The notes below the pieces were generated by a model that saw only the letters and a list, made by a program, of their open reading frames with translations, made no database searches and was not told where the DNA came from. 64,000 bases of DNA from Vicinamibacterales bacterium (GTDB lineage: Bacteria; Acidobacteriota; Vicinamibacteria; Vicinamibacterales; UBA8438): assembly GCA_965217045.1 (NCBI GenBank), contig OZ244228.1, positions 586,428 through 650,427 of the forward strand, written 5' to 3'. Position 1 is the first letter of the stretch; every line of letters begins with the position of its first letter. A program made the position numbers and the translations under genes. Shown here in pieces: positions 17,706-26,925 of the stretch.

Positions 17706-19691
17706 ATGAATGCCACCAGCGACCCATCGTCCCGGCCGTTCGTGCCGTTCGTTCCGGAAGCGTCCACCATGCCCGAGCTGACGTTCCGCGCGGTCCTCCT
17801 CGGCACCGCGATGGCCATCGTGCTCGGCACGGCCAACGCGTACCTCGGCATGCGGGCCGGCCTGACGGTGGCCGCCACTTTCCCGGCGGCGGTCGTCGCG
17901 ATGGCCGCGCTGCGCGTTCTCGGGGGCTCGGTGCTCGAGGAGAACATGGCGCGGACCACCGCGTCGGTGGGGGAGGCGCTGGTCGCGGGGGCCATCTTCA
18001 CGATCCCCGCGTTCGTCATCAGCGGCGTCTGGGACGAGCTGCACTACTGGGAGAGCACCGCGATCATGCTGGTCGGCGGCGTGCTCGGGGTGCTGTTCAT
18101 CATCGTGCTGCGCCGCACGCTGGTGGTGGAGGCCGACCTGCCGTTTCCCGAGAGCGTCGCCGCGGCCGAGCTGGTCAAGGCCGGGCAGGGCGGCCGCCAG
18201 ACGGGTGCCGCCTTCGTCTTCAAGGCGATGGGCATGGCCGCGGCGTGGGAGCTCGTCAAGAACGTCAACGGCCTCAAGCTGGTCTCCGACTCGGCCACCA
18301 CGTTCGTGTCGGTCGGGCGCTCGACCATCGAGATGCTGGGCCAGCAGGTGAGCTACGTCGGCGGGTTCCTGCTGCAGTCGCCCGCGGCCTCGCCGGCGCT
18401 CGTCGGCGTCGGCTTCATCGTCGGCCCGCGGATTGGCGCCACGCTGTTCGCCGGCGCAGTGCTCGGCTGGCTGGTGCTGGTGCCGCTCGGCCTGTTCCTG
18501 AACCCGGCACTTACCGCGCAGGCGACTGACGGCGGAGGGTTCGTCGGGCTGAGCATGGACGTCTGGCAGAGGCAGGTCCGGCCGCTCGCCGTCGGGACGA
18601 TGATCGTCGCGGCGTTCTACACGCTCTACCGGCTGCGCACGTCGCTCATCCAGGGCATCGGCCGCGCGCTCGGCGACCTCCAGGCGTCGCAGGAGGGAGA
18701 CGCCGGGCGCCTGGACCGCGACATCGACTTCCGCAAGGTCGGCCTGGCCATCGGCGCCCTGGCGGTGCCGCTGTTCGGCCTCTACTGGTACTTCAGCGGG
18801 AGCTTCGGCGGCGCCATTCTGCTGACCGTCCTGATGGTCATCCTCGGCTTCCTGTTCGCCGCGGTCGCCGGGTATCTGGTGGGGGTCCTCGGCAGCTCCA
18901 ACAACCCGATCAGCGGCCTGACGCTCAGCACGCTGCTGATCGCGGCCATCGTGATGGTCGGCATCGGAGTGACCGGATCGGCCGGCATTCTCGGGGTGCT
19001 GGCGGTGGCGGGGGTCGTCTGCTGCGCCTGCGGCATTGCCGGCGACATGCTGCAGGACCTGAAGGTCGGCCACATCCTCGGCGGAACGCCGTGGAAGATG
19101 GAGGTCGGCGAGCTGATCGGGGTGACCGTCGCGGCGATGGTCCTCATCTACCCGATGATCCTGATGGATCGGGTCTACGAGATCGGCAGCCCCGAGCTGC
19201 CGGCGCCGCAGGCCGGCCTGATGGCGCTCATCGCGCAGGGCATCGTCGGGGGCGAGATGGCCTGGCCGCTGGTCATTGCCGGGATGGCGCTGGCCGGCGT
19301 CCTGATCCTCATCGACGCGCCGTCGCCGATGCTCATCGCGGTCGGCATGTACCTGCCGTTCTACTCGACGGCCGCGATCTTCGTCGGCGGACTCGTCAGC
19401 TGGTGGCTGTCCCGCTCGCTCGACCAGCAGGAGGCGACCGCGGAGCAGCGCACGCGGGCCACCAATACCGGCGTGCTGCTGTCGTCCGGCTTCATAGCCG
19501 GCGAGGCCCTGATGGCGGTCCTGCTGGCGTTCGTGGTCGGGGCCAGTGAGGCGCTGCCGTGGCTGGCCTTCCCGCAGATCGCCGACAGCGCGCTGGCGGG
19601 CGCGCTGATCTTCATCGTGCTCTACTACGTGCTGGTCAAGGTGCCCCTGAACGCCATGGGCGACGGCTCGTCCGGCGGCAGCGCGGAGTGA
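17706..19691 (+). CDS. OPT-superfamily oligopeptide transporter
   Basis: It is a polytopic membrane protein with the OPT N-terminal signature (ELTFRAVLLG...ANAYLGMRAGLTVAATFPAAV). The ATG at 17706 lies inside the longer ORF, whose upstream part covers the repeat. Confidence 0.9.
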   Translation: MNATSDPSSRPFVPFVPEASTMPELTFRAVLLGTAMAIVLGTANAYLGMRAGLTVAATFPAAVVAMAALRVLGGSVLEENMARTTASVGEALVAGAIFTIPAFVISGVWDELHYWESTAIMLVGGVLGVLFIIVLRRTLVVEADLPFPESVAAAELVKAGQGGRQTGAAFVFKAMGMAAAWELVKNVNGLKLVSDSATTFVSVGRSTIEMLGQQVSYVGGFLLQSPAASPALVGVGFIVGPRIGATLFAGAVLGWLVLVPLGLFLNPALTAQATDGGGFVGLSMDVWQRQVRPLAVGTMIVAAFYTLYRLRTSLIQGIGRALGDLQASQEGDAGRLDRDIDFRKVGLAIGALAVPLFGLYWYFSGSFGGAILLTVLMVILGFLFAAVAGYLVGVLGSSNNPISGLTLSTLLIAAIVMVGIGVTGSAGILGVLAVAGVVCCACGIAGDMLQDLKVGHILGGTPWKMEVGELIGVTVAAMVLIYPMILMDRVYEIGSPELPAPQAGLMALIAQGIVGGEMAWPLVIAGMALAGVLILIDAPSPMLIAVGMYLPFYSTAAIFVGGLVSWWLSRSLDQQEATAEQRTRATNTGVLLSSGFIAGEALMAVLLAFVVGASEALPWLAFPQIADSALAGALIFIVLYYVLVKVPLNAMGDGSSGGSAE

Positions 19692-19710
19692 GGCCCGGAC
19701 GGCGGCGGCG

Positions 19711-20043
19711 ATGACGGCCGAAGCCGAGCGGTTCTGGAGCGCCTGCCCGCGCCGGCGGCTGGACTGGCGGCACGCGGACGACGGGCGCTGCGTCGTGCTG
19801 CGCCCGAAGCTCGGCGAAGGCCGCGCCGGGCGCTGGCTGGCGGCCCGGCTGGGCGACTCGCACTACCGCATCCGCCTCGACGATGTCGGGACGTTCATCT
19901 GGAGGGCCTGCGACGGCGCAACCCCGCTGATCGAGATTGCGGGGCGGCTGCGCGCCGAGTTCGGCGCGCGAATCGAGCCGGCGGAGGAGCGGCTGGCGCG
20001 GTTCGTCCAGACCATGGTGCGGTCACGGATGATCGAAGTCTGA
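19711..20043 (+). CDS. PqqD-family (RRE-type peptide-binding) protein
   Basis: The C-terminal half (LDDVGTFIWRACDGATPLIEIAGRLRAEFG...RFVQTMVRSRMIEV) follows the PqqD winged-helix pattern. It starts 20 nt after the OPT stop. Confidence 0.75.
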   Translation: MTAEAERFWSACPRRRLDWRHADDGRCVVLRPKLGEGRAGRWLAARLGDSHYRIRLDDVGTFIWRACDGATPLIEIAGRLRAEFGARIEPAEERLARFVQTMVRSRMIEV

Positions 20044-20174
20044 GCGATGGAGACTGACCAACCTGCCGACGTTCTGTTTCTGCTGCCGCCAAACCCACCG
20101 TGCCCGACGGATTCCAAGCGCCGCCGCGCGTCAAGTCCCGCCTCGAGCCGATTGCTGTCAGCGCCTGGGCCGCG

Positions 20175-21953
20175 TCAAGAGCGGCGGCGGGGGACGTAGC
20201 GATTCGTGATCGGGAGCCGCCGGTCCTTCCCGAAGGCTCGCGTGGAGATGCGGACCCCGGGCGGGGCCTGGCGCCGTTTGTACTCGGCGCGATCGACGAG
20301 CTGCGCGACGCGCTCCACGACGTCCCGCTCGAAGCCCAGCGCCACGATCTCGTCCGGGCTCCGGTCCTGCTCGACGTAGGCCTCGATGATCCCGTCGAGC
20401 AGGTCATAGGCCGGCAGACTGTCCGAGTCGAGCTGATTCTCGCGCAACTCGGCCGTGGGCGGCTTGTCGATGATCCGTTGCGGAATCACCTCGCCGTCGC
20501 GGTTGCGCCAGACGGCCAGTCGGTACACCCACGTCTTCAGCACGTCCTTGAGCACCGCGAAGCCGCCGGCCATGTCGCCGTAGAGCGTGGCGTAGCCGAC
20601 GCTCATCTCGCTCTTGTTGCCGGTCGTGAGCACCAGCCAGCCGAACTTGTTGGAGAGCGCCATGACGATGTTGCCGCGGATCCGCGCCTGCAGGTTCTCC
20701 TCGGTGACGTCCGGGGCGCTGGCCGCGAACGGCTCGGCCAGCACCGCGTCGTACTCCGCGGCGAGAGCCTCGATCGGCAGCTCGATCAGGCGCACGCCGA
20801 GACGGTCGGCCAGGATCGCCGCGTCCTCGCGGTTCATCGCCGCGGTGTAGCGCGACGGCAGCGAGACGGCGGTCACGCCCTCCGGGCCGATCGCGTCGGC
20901 CGCGATGGTGAGCGCCAGCGCCGAATCGATGCCCCCCGACAGGCCGAGCACGGCACCGGGAAACCCGTTCTTGCGAATGTAGTCGGCCGTCCCGAGGGTG
21001 AGCGCCCGGTACACCTCCGCCTCGGGAGAGAGGAGGCGCGCGGGCGGTCGGGGCCCGGGCGGAGGCCGGTCGGGCGACGCACGGCGGGAGAAGGGCACGA
21101 CGGCGACGCGAGCGGCTCGCCGAGTGGGCGCCGGTTCCGGCGTCCGGTCGTCCCGTGCGCCGGCCGGCGGCCCGTGCGCCCGGCTCGGCTCGACGTCCAC
21201 GATGAGCAGCTCCTCCTCGAATTGCTTCCCGCGGGCGATCACCGTGCCATCGGGGGCCAGTACCAGGCTGTGTCCGTCGAAGACCAGCTCGTCCTGGCCT
21301 CCGACCGCGTTGCAGAACGCCAGAAAGCAGCCGTGATCGATGCAGCGCGACGCGAAGAGCTGCTCGCGCTCCCGGCCTTTCGCCCGATGGTAGGGCGATG
21401 CGGAGAGGTTGACGACGATCTCGGCGCGACCCTCGCGCACGGCCCATTCGGCCGGCCCGCCCGCCACCCAGATGTCCTCGCAGATCGTTACCCCCAGGCG
21501 GCGGTCGCCGAGCTCGATGACCACGGCCTGCTGCCCGGGAGTGAAGTAGCGCCGCTCGTCGAAGACGGCGTAGTTCGGCAGGTGATGCTTGTGGTAGAAG
21601 GCCGCGATCCCGCCGTCCGCCAGCACGGCCGCGCCGTTGCGGAGGGCCGGCTGGCCGCGCGACGCGGCGCCGTCGCCCACCACGCCGTCGGGTGCGCCGA
21701 CCAGCGCGACGATGCCGCTGACCCCGGCGGCCAGGTCCTGCAGCGCAGCTGCGGCGTCGCGCACGAAGCCGGGCTTGAGCAGCAGGTCTTCCGGCGGATA
21801 GCCCGTTATCGAGAGCTCGGGGAAGACGACGAGGTCGGCACCACGGTTCCGCGCTTCCCGGATCCGGGCGCGCAGTCGCTCGAGGTTGCCGTCGATGTCG
21901 CCGACCGGCAGGTTGGTCTGGCACAGTGCGAGGCGGACCATGCGCGCCACCAT
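20175..21953 (-). CDS. nadE: Glutamine-dependent NAD+ synthetase
   Basis: An N-terminal nitrilase/CN-hydrolase domain (LALCQTN...FPELSITGYPPEDL) is followed by a C-terminal NAD synthetase domain (GLSGGIDSA). The start is ATG 21953 or 21941; the rest of the 783-aa ORF is Arg-rich upstream read-through. Confidence 0.9.
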   Translation of the reverse strand: MVARMVRLALCQTNLPVGDIDGNLERLRARIREARNRGADLVVFPELSITGYPPEDLLLKPGFVRDAAAALQDLAAGVSGIVALVGAPDGVVGDGAASRGQPALRNGAAVLADGGIAAFYHKHHLPNYAVFDERRYFTPGQQAVVIELGDRRLGVTICEDIWVAGGPAEWAVREGRAEIVVNLSASPYHRAKGREREQLFASRCIDHGCFLAFCNAVGGQDELVFDGHSLVLAPDGTVIARGKQFEEELLIVDVEPSRAHGPPAGARDDRTPEPAPTRRAARVAVVPFSRRASPDRPPPGPRPPARLLSPEAEVYRALTLGTADYIRKNGFPGAVLGLSGGIDSALALTIAADAIGPEGVTAVSLPSRYTAAMNREDAAILADRLGVRLIELPIEALAAEYDAVLAEPFAASAPDVTEENLQARIRGNIVMALSNKFGWLVLTTGNKSEMSVGYATLYGDMAGGFAVLKDVLKTWVYRLAVWRNRDGEVIPQRIIDKPPTAELRENQLDSDSLPAYDLLDGIIEAYVEQDRSPDEIVALGFERDVVERVAQLVDRAEYKRRQAPPGVRISTRAFGKDRRLPITNRYVPRRRS

Positions 21954-22009
21954 ACCATTCGCCGGGACGGACGGGCGCGAGGCCCCGCGAGCGGCGCGGG
22001 AGCGGTCGG

Positions 22010-22867
22010 TCAGCGGCCCGTCGCGAGCCCGATTGCCTGCGCGATCGCACGCATCTTGGCCTGTACGATCCGCACGTTGTCGGGTCCCATGCCGATGAAT
22101 TGCTTCTGCGCGGAGGTGAGCGCATCGAGCTGCTCGCTCGTATGCTCGAAGAACACCATGCCGCGCGCCACGGCCGGCGGGCCGCCCAGGACGGGAGCCT
22201 CGAGCAGGTGGTCGATGGCGCGCCGGAGCGCGCTGCTGAACGGCGTGTCCGGATAGCCCAGCTCGGAGTAGGCCGCATCGAGCAGGGGCTCGAGCAGGCC
22301 GTACAGCGCAACGACGCCGTCCGCGTCGAGCGAATCGATGATTTCGGCGTGGATGTCGTAGCGTCGATAGCTGGCCGAGGCGACTCGCGTGTCGGGCGCC
22401 TCGGCCGTCGTGCTGAAACGCTGCCCGGGCCGCATGAACGGAAGGTGCTGCGCCGGGTTGCGGCCGTTCGCGACGTTGTCCACGACGACGACGAAGCGAC
22501 GGATAATGCGCTCGCCGGTGAGCCACGCCGCCAGACCGGGATGAGAGGACAGCCCGCCGACCACCGTGCCGACGAACGAGTCGCTCTCTTCCAGCTCCGG
22601 CACCTCGACCGGTTCCGGCTCGATCACGGCCGGCTCCGGCTCGGCAACAGGTTGCGGGGCGGGGGCTTCCGCGACCGGCTCCGGCGCCGCCGGCGTCTCG
22701 TCCGTGTCGCCGTCACCGAGAAGCCAGTATGCCCCGATGCCGAGGGCGACGACGGCGACGCTTGCCGCCAGTGCGACGAGCCGGATCAGGCGCTGGTTGT
22801 CCGGCGGCGGGGAAGCATCCGGCGGCAGCGTGTCGTCCATGTCGTCGAGGTTCAGCATCGCTTTCAT
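22010..22867 (-). CDS. DUF3014 domain protein (N-terminal TM helix, Pro/Glu-rich linker)
   Basis: The motif IIRRFVVVVDNVANG...PFMRPGQRF is typical of DUF3014. I chose the ATG at 22867, downstream of repeat copy B. Confidence 0.75.
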   Translation of the reverse strand: MKAMLNLDDMDDTLPPDASPPPDNQRLIRLVALAASVAVVALGIGAYWLLGDGDTDETPAAPEPVAEAPAPQPVAEPEPAVIEPEPVEVPELEESDSFVGTVVGGLSSHPGLAAWLTGERIIRRFVVVVDNVANGRNPAQHLPFMRPGQRFSTTAEAPDTRVASASYRRYDIHAEIIDSLDADGVVALYGLLEPLLDAAYSELGYPDTPFSSALRRAIDHLLEAPVLGGPPAVARGMVFFEHTSEQLDALTSAQKQFIGMGPDNVRIVQAKMRAIAQAIGLATGR

Positions 22868-22907
22868 CCACCGGGCATGGACAGCCGTGCTCCAAGGCCG
22901 TCCTAGC

Positions 22908-22989
22908 CCGCCAATCGTCGCCTGCGGCTCCGATTGGCGCCCAACCAACCCTGCAGGAGTCCGCGCCGTTCCACGGCGCAGACGCCTGG
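22908..22989 (-). repeat. Intergenic structured repeat, copy B (full length, minus orientation)
   Basis: The reverse complement reads CCAGGCGTCTGCGCCGTGGAACGGCGCGGACTCCTGCAGGGTTGGTTGGGCGCCAATCGGAGCCGCAGGCGACGATTGGCGG. Confidence 0.7.
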
Positions 22990-22990
22990 C

Positions 22991-23022
22991 CCGCCAATCG
23001 GTTCTACGGCGCCGATTCCTGG
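22991..23022 (-). repeat. Internally deleted mini-copy of the same repeat, in tandem with copy B
   Basis: The reverse complement reads CCAGGAATCGGCGCCGTAGAACCGATTGGCGG. This is the 5' arm plus loop joined directly to the 3' terminal GATTGGCGG. It can form its own 6-bp hairpin AATCGG/CCGATT. Confidence 0.5.
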
Positions 23023-23459
23023 CGCGGGAGCAGCCAGCCGCGCAGCTCTCCGCCGGCGTTGCCCTCCGTGTGGATCTGCAGGTAGTAGTGCCCGCGGCGG
23101 AGCGCTGCGACCTGCTCGTCGGTGAGGGGCACCGTCGCCTCGATGCGGCCCGCCGCTGCCGGCGGGACGTCGACGCCGAAGGCCACCGGCCCGCGCCGCG
23201 CGCGCGGCGCCCGGTGCACGTGAGCCGCGGTCGCGGGCGAGCTCATGCCCTCGAACGTCGCGACGATCGTCAACTCGCTGCCGTCCAGCGCGGCGCCGAC
23301 CTCGCCGGATCCGCTCACCGTATGCGTTGTCACCAGGTCGACCGGCATCCTCGACAGGCGGCCGCCGAAGCGCTCCTCCGCCGCAGGCTGCGGCGCGCCC
23401 GCGCGCAGCGTGACCGCCGCGAGACAGGCAAGGACGATGGCGGGGCCGGTGAGGCGCAT
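23004..23459 (-). CDS. CHRD domain protein, secreted
   Basis: It has CHRD-type motifs (AHVHRAP...GPV and YLQIHTEGNAGGELRGWL) and a signal peptide. An alternative start is at 23483. The stop codon lies inside the mini-repeat. Confidence 0.75.
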   Translation of the reverse strand: MRLTGPAIVLACLAAVTLRAGAPQPAAEERFGGRLSRMPVDLVTTHTVSGSGEVGAALDGSELTIVATFEGMSSPATAAHVHRAPRARRGPVAFGVDVPPAAAGRIEATVPLTDEQVAALRRGHYYLQIHTEGNAGGELRGWLLPRQESAP

Positions 23460-23597
23460 AGGGGCAACTCCGAGACTCGCCAATTATAGCGGCTTGTGCG
23501 GATTGCGGCAGGGCGGCTTGAACGGGACGACCGACATCCGTGCTGCCGGGCGCGGTGGAGCCGGCCGGTGCACGCCGTCGGGAATGCCGGTAGAATC

Positions 23598-24944
23598 ATG
23601 GCCATGCGGCGCGTGATGACGGCGGTTGCGGCAGCGATCATCGCCACGGTTTGTGTTCCGGCAGCGGCCGCGGAGGAGCGCTGGCCGCAGTTCCGCGGCC
23701 CCGGCGCGCTCGGCGTCTCGGAGCAGTCCGGGTTGCCGGAGACGTGGAGTGCCACCGAGAACGTCGCCTGGGTCAGGGACATCGAGGGCTTCGGATGGGG
23801 CTCCCCGATTGTCTGGGGCGACACCGTGTTCCTGACGACGGTCGTCAGCACCGGTGATGTCGAGGCGCCGCTCGGCGGGCTGTACCTGGGCGGTGAGCGG
23901 GGCGTGCCCTCCGACGAGCATCGCTGGATGGTGTACGCGATCGACGTGTCGACCGGCGCCACCCGCTGGGAGCGGGAGGTGCACCGCGGGATTCCGCCGA
24001 CGTCGCATCACCTGAAGAACACCTATGCGTCCGAGACGCCGGTTACCGACGGCGAGCACGTCTACGCGTACTTCGGCAACGTGGGGCTCTTCTGCCTGAC
24101 CCTCGATGGCCGGCTGCTGTGGTCCCGGCAGTTCGACCCGGTGGCGACCCGGGCGGGATGGGGCACAGCGGCGTCGCCGGTGCTGCACGGCGATCGGATC
24201 TACATCGTCAACGACAACGACGAGCAGTCCTACCTGGTTGCGCTGAGCAAGGAGACCGGAGCGGAGCTGTGGCGCGTGAATCGGGACGAGGGGACCAACT
24301 GGTCCACGCCCTATGTGTGGGAGCACGCCGAGCGCACCGAGATCGTGACCACCGGCACGGACAGGGTGCGGTCGTACGACCTGGCGGGCAATCCCCTCTG
24401 GGAGCTGACCGGCATGTCGTCGATCGTCGCGCCGACTCCATTCTCCCGGTTCGGCCTGTTGTATCTCAGTTCGGGCTACATCGGCGATCGGCAGCGGCCG
24501 ATCTATGCCATTCGGCCGGGTGGCCGGGGTGATCTGACCGCGTCGGAAGGAGACCCGTTGCCTGCGGGGGTCGCTTGGTTCCAACCCCGGTCGGGCTCGT
24601 ACAACACGTCGCCGATCGTCTACGGCGACTACTACTACACGCTGCTGGACCGCGGCTACTTCACCTGTCACGACGCCCGGACCGGCGAGGAGGTCTACGG
24701 CCGCCGGCGGATCACGGTCGGCGCCGCGTTCACCGCGTCGCCGTGGGCGTACGCCGGCAAGATCTTCGCGCTGAGCGAGGACGGTGACACCTTCGTCATC
24801 AAGGCCGGCCCCGAGTTCGAGATCCTGGCCACCAACCCGCTGGGTGAGTTCACGATGGCCACGCCGGCCATCGCCCACCGCAGTCTGTTCATACGCACCG
24901 CATCGCGGCTGTACCGGATCACGGACGAGACCCCGGCACGCTGA
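23598..24944 (+). CDS. PQQ-like beta-propeller repeat protein (BamB/PQQ_2-like), secreted
   Basis: A signal peptide is followed by the WPQFRGP motif and repeated propeller blades. Confidence 0.85.
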   Translation: MAMRRVMTAVAAAIIATVCVPAAAAEERWPQFRGPGALGVSEQSGLPETWSATENVAWVRDIEGFGWGSPIVWGDTVFLTTVVSTGDVEAPLGGLYLGGERGVPSDEHRWMVYAIDVSTGATRWEREVHRGIPPTSHHLKNTYASETPVTDGEHVYAYFGNVGLFCLTLDGRLLWSRQFDPVATRAGWGTAASPVLHGDRIYIVNDNDEQSYLVALSKETGAELWRVNRDEGTNWSTPYVWEHAERTEIVTTGTDRVRSYDLAGNPLWELTGMSSIVAPTPFSRFGLLYLSSGYIGDRQRPIYAIRPGGRGDLTASEGDPLPAGVAWFQPRSGSYNTSPIVYGDYYYTLLDRGYFTCHDARTGEEVYGRRRITVGAAFTASPWAYAGKIFALSEDGDTFVIKAGPEFEILATNPLGEFTMATPAIAHRSLFIRTASRLYRITDETPAR

Positions 24945-25075
24945 CCGCCGCGCGCCCTCCCGCGCCGCGCCGTCGAGCCCGCCCCGCGGGACCGGGTCGC
25001 GGTTATAATCGCCGGCAGCGTCGCGGCAGCCTGCAGGCGCACGAGGCACCGGCAGCACGGGGAACGATTCCAGTC

Positions 25076-25681
25076 ATGCGACCGATTGCCGTCGCCGAGC
25101 ATGTCACGCTCGCGCAGCTCGAGATCGAGGACGCGAGCGAGCTGTTCCGTCTGACGGACGCCAACCGCGACTACCTGCGGCGCTGGCTGCCGTGGCTCGA
25201 CAGCATCAAGCGCGTCACCCACACGCGGGCGTTCATTCAGGCCGCGCGCAGCTACTCGGAGAGCCGCAAGGGGTTTCAGCTGGCCATCCGCTGGCACGAC
25301 CGCATCGCCGGCATCGTGGGGTACCACCCAATCGACTGGCGGAATCGTCTGACGTCGCTGGGATACTGGGTGGGGGAAGACTATCAGGGGCTCGGCTTGG
25401 TCACCGCCTCCTGCCGCGCGTTGCTCACCCACGCCTTCAACGACGTCCGATTGAACCGGGTGGAGATTCGCTGCGCGGTTGCCAACCACCGGAGTCGCGC
25501 GGTCCCCGCGCGACTGGGTTTCAGGCAGGAGGGCGTGCTCCGCGACGCCGAGTGGCTCTACGACCGCTTCGTCGACCACGTCGTCTACGCCATGCTGGCC
25601 CGGGAGTGGCCGCAGGCGGCGGTGGGGCCGCTGGCCGCGACCACGGCAGCCGGCCCGAAAGGAGACGGTCCGCGCCAATGA
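25076..25681 (+). CDS. GNAT family N-acetyltransferase (RimJ/RimL-like)
   Basis: The motifs IGYHPIDWRNRLTSLGYWVGEDYQGLGL and NHRSRAVPARLGF are present. Confidence 0.85.
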   Translation: MRPIAVAEHVTLAQLEIEDASELFRLTDANRDYLRRWLPWLDSIKRVTHTRAFIQAARSYSESRKGFQLAIRWHDRIAGIVGYHPIDWRNRLTSLGYWVGEDYQGLGLVTASCRALLTHAFNDVRLNRVEIRCAVANHRSRAVPARLGFRQEGVLRDAEWLYDRFVDHVVYAMLAREWPQAAVGPLAATTAAGPKGDGPRQ

Positions 25682-26913
25682 ACAGGATGCAATCGCGGCT
25701 GGCGATCTGGATCGTCTCGCTCGCGGGCTGGTCGGTGATGGTTCACGCCCAGGAATGGCCGCAGTTCCTGGGTCCCGAGCGTGACGGACGCTACAGCGGA
25801 CCCCCGCTGAGCACCAGTTGGCCGGGGGATCGGCCGGCCACGCTGTGGAGCCGCTCCGTCGGCGAGGGGTTCGCCGGACCGGTCGTCGCGCAGGAGCGGG
25901 TGCTTCTCTTTCACCGGGTCGGCGACCGCGAGGTGCTCGAGGCCCTGGACGCGCTGACGGGCCGTCCCCTGTGGCGTCACGACTACCCGACAGCCTACCG
26001 CGACGATTTCGGCTTCGACGAGGGTCCGCGCGCCGTCCCGGTGGTGTCCGGGGACCGCGTCTTCACCTTCGGCGCGCAGGGGCAGCTGCATGCGGTCAGC
26101 CTGGAGACCGGTGCGCCCCTGTGGCATGTCGACACGAAGTCGCGGTTCGGCTTTCGCAAGGGGTTCTTCGGCGCGGCGGGCTCGCCGCTGGTCGACGGCG
26201 ACCGCGTCATCGCCAACATCGGCGCGGACGGCGCCGGCATCGTGGCGTTCGATGCCGCATCCGGCGCCGTGCTGTGGACCGCCACCTCCGACGAAGCCAG
26301 CTACTCGTCGGCGGTCGCCGCCGATTTCGGCGGCGTGCGGCACGCGGTCTTCTTCACGCGCAACGGACTGGTCGGGCTGCATCCGGCCAACGGCGAGGTG
26401 CGGTTCGAGCAGCGCTGGACGTCACGGCTGCGGGCCTCGGTCAACGCGGCGACCCCGCTCGTGGTGGGCGATCTGATCTTCGTGTCCGCGTCGTACGGCA
26501 CGGGCGCCGCGGTGTTCCAGGTCGACGGATCGGGGCTGGCGCCACTCTGGTCGTCCGACGACGTCCTGTCCAACCACTACGCGACGAGCGTCCACCACGA
26601 CGGCTACCTGTACGGGTTTCATGGGCGGCAGGAGTACGGTCCGAGCTTCCGGGCCGTCGAGCTGCGGACGGGGGCCGTGCAATGGTCCGTCGACGGATTC
26701 CGGGCCGGCAGCGTCACCCTGGCCGGCGATCGGCTCGTCATCGTCCGCGAGACGGGTGAGCTCGTGATCGCCGAGGCATCCCCCGACCGGTTCACGCCGC
26801 TGGCGCGGGCGCCCGTTCTGCCGCCGGTGATCCGGGCCTATCCGGCCATCGCCAACGGGCTGCTCTACGTCAGGAACGGTGACACGCTCGTGTGCCTGGA
26901 TCTGCGCTCCTGA
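25678..26913 (+). CDS. PQQ-like beta-propeller repeat protein, secreted (paralogue of 23598..24944)
   Basis: The ATG overlaps the GNAT stop (ATGA). A signal peptide is followed by WPQFLGP and propeller repeats. Confidence 0.85.
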   Translation: MNRMQSRLAIWIVSLAGWSVMVHAQEWPQFLGPERDGRYSGPPLSTSWPGDRPATLWSRSVGEGFAGPVVAQERVLLFHRVGDREVLEALDALTGRPLWRHDYPTAYRDDFGFDEGPRAVPVVSGDRVFTFGAQGQLHAVSLETGAPLWHVDTKSRFGFRKGFFGAAGSPLVDGDRVIANIGADGAGIVAFDAASGAVLWTATSDEASYSSAVAADFGGVRHAVFFTRNGLVGLHPANGEVRFEQRWTSRLRASVNAATPLVVGDLIFVSASYGTGAAVFQVDGSGLAPLWSSDDVLSNHYATSVHHDGYLYGFHGRQEYGPSFRAVELRTGAVQWSVDGFRAGSVTLAGDRLVIVRETGELVIAEASPDRFTPLARAPVLPPVIRAYPAIANGLLYVRNGDTLVCLDLRS

Positions 26914-26925
26914 CGGGCCCGCCAG

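Noticed and set aside
20047-20199. A 50-aa ORF (METDQPADVLFLLPPNPPCPTDSKRRR...) starts 4 nt after the PqqD-like gene. I considered it as a RiPP precursor.
   Set aside because: Its GC3 is only about 70 percent, against roughly 90 percent in neighbouring genes. It has an Arg-rich tail, overlaps the nadE 3' end, and no maturase genes are nearby.
22729-23125. Several ORFs share near-identical peptide stretches (…PTNPAGVRAVPRRR…, …APNQPCRSPRRSTAQTPG…) at 17.6, 22.9, 38.5 and 48.1 kb. They could be mistaken for a repeated protein domain.
   Set aside because: The similarity is at nucleotide level and comes from the ~85-nt intergenic repeat read in different frames and strands. The ORFs have no consistent frame, start or RBS.
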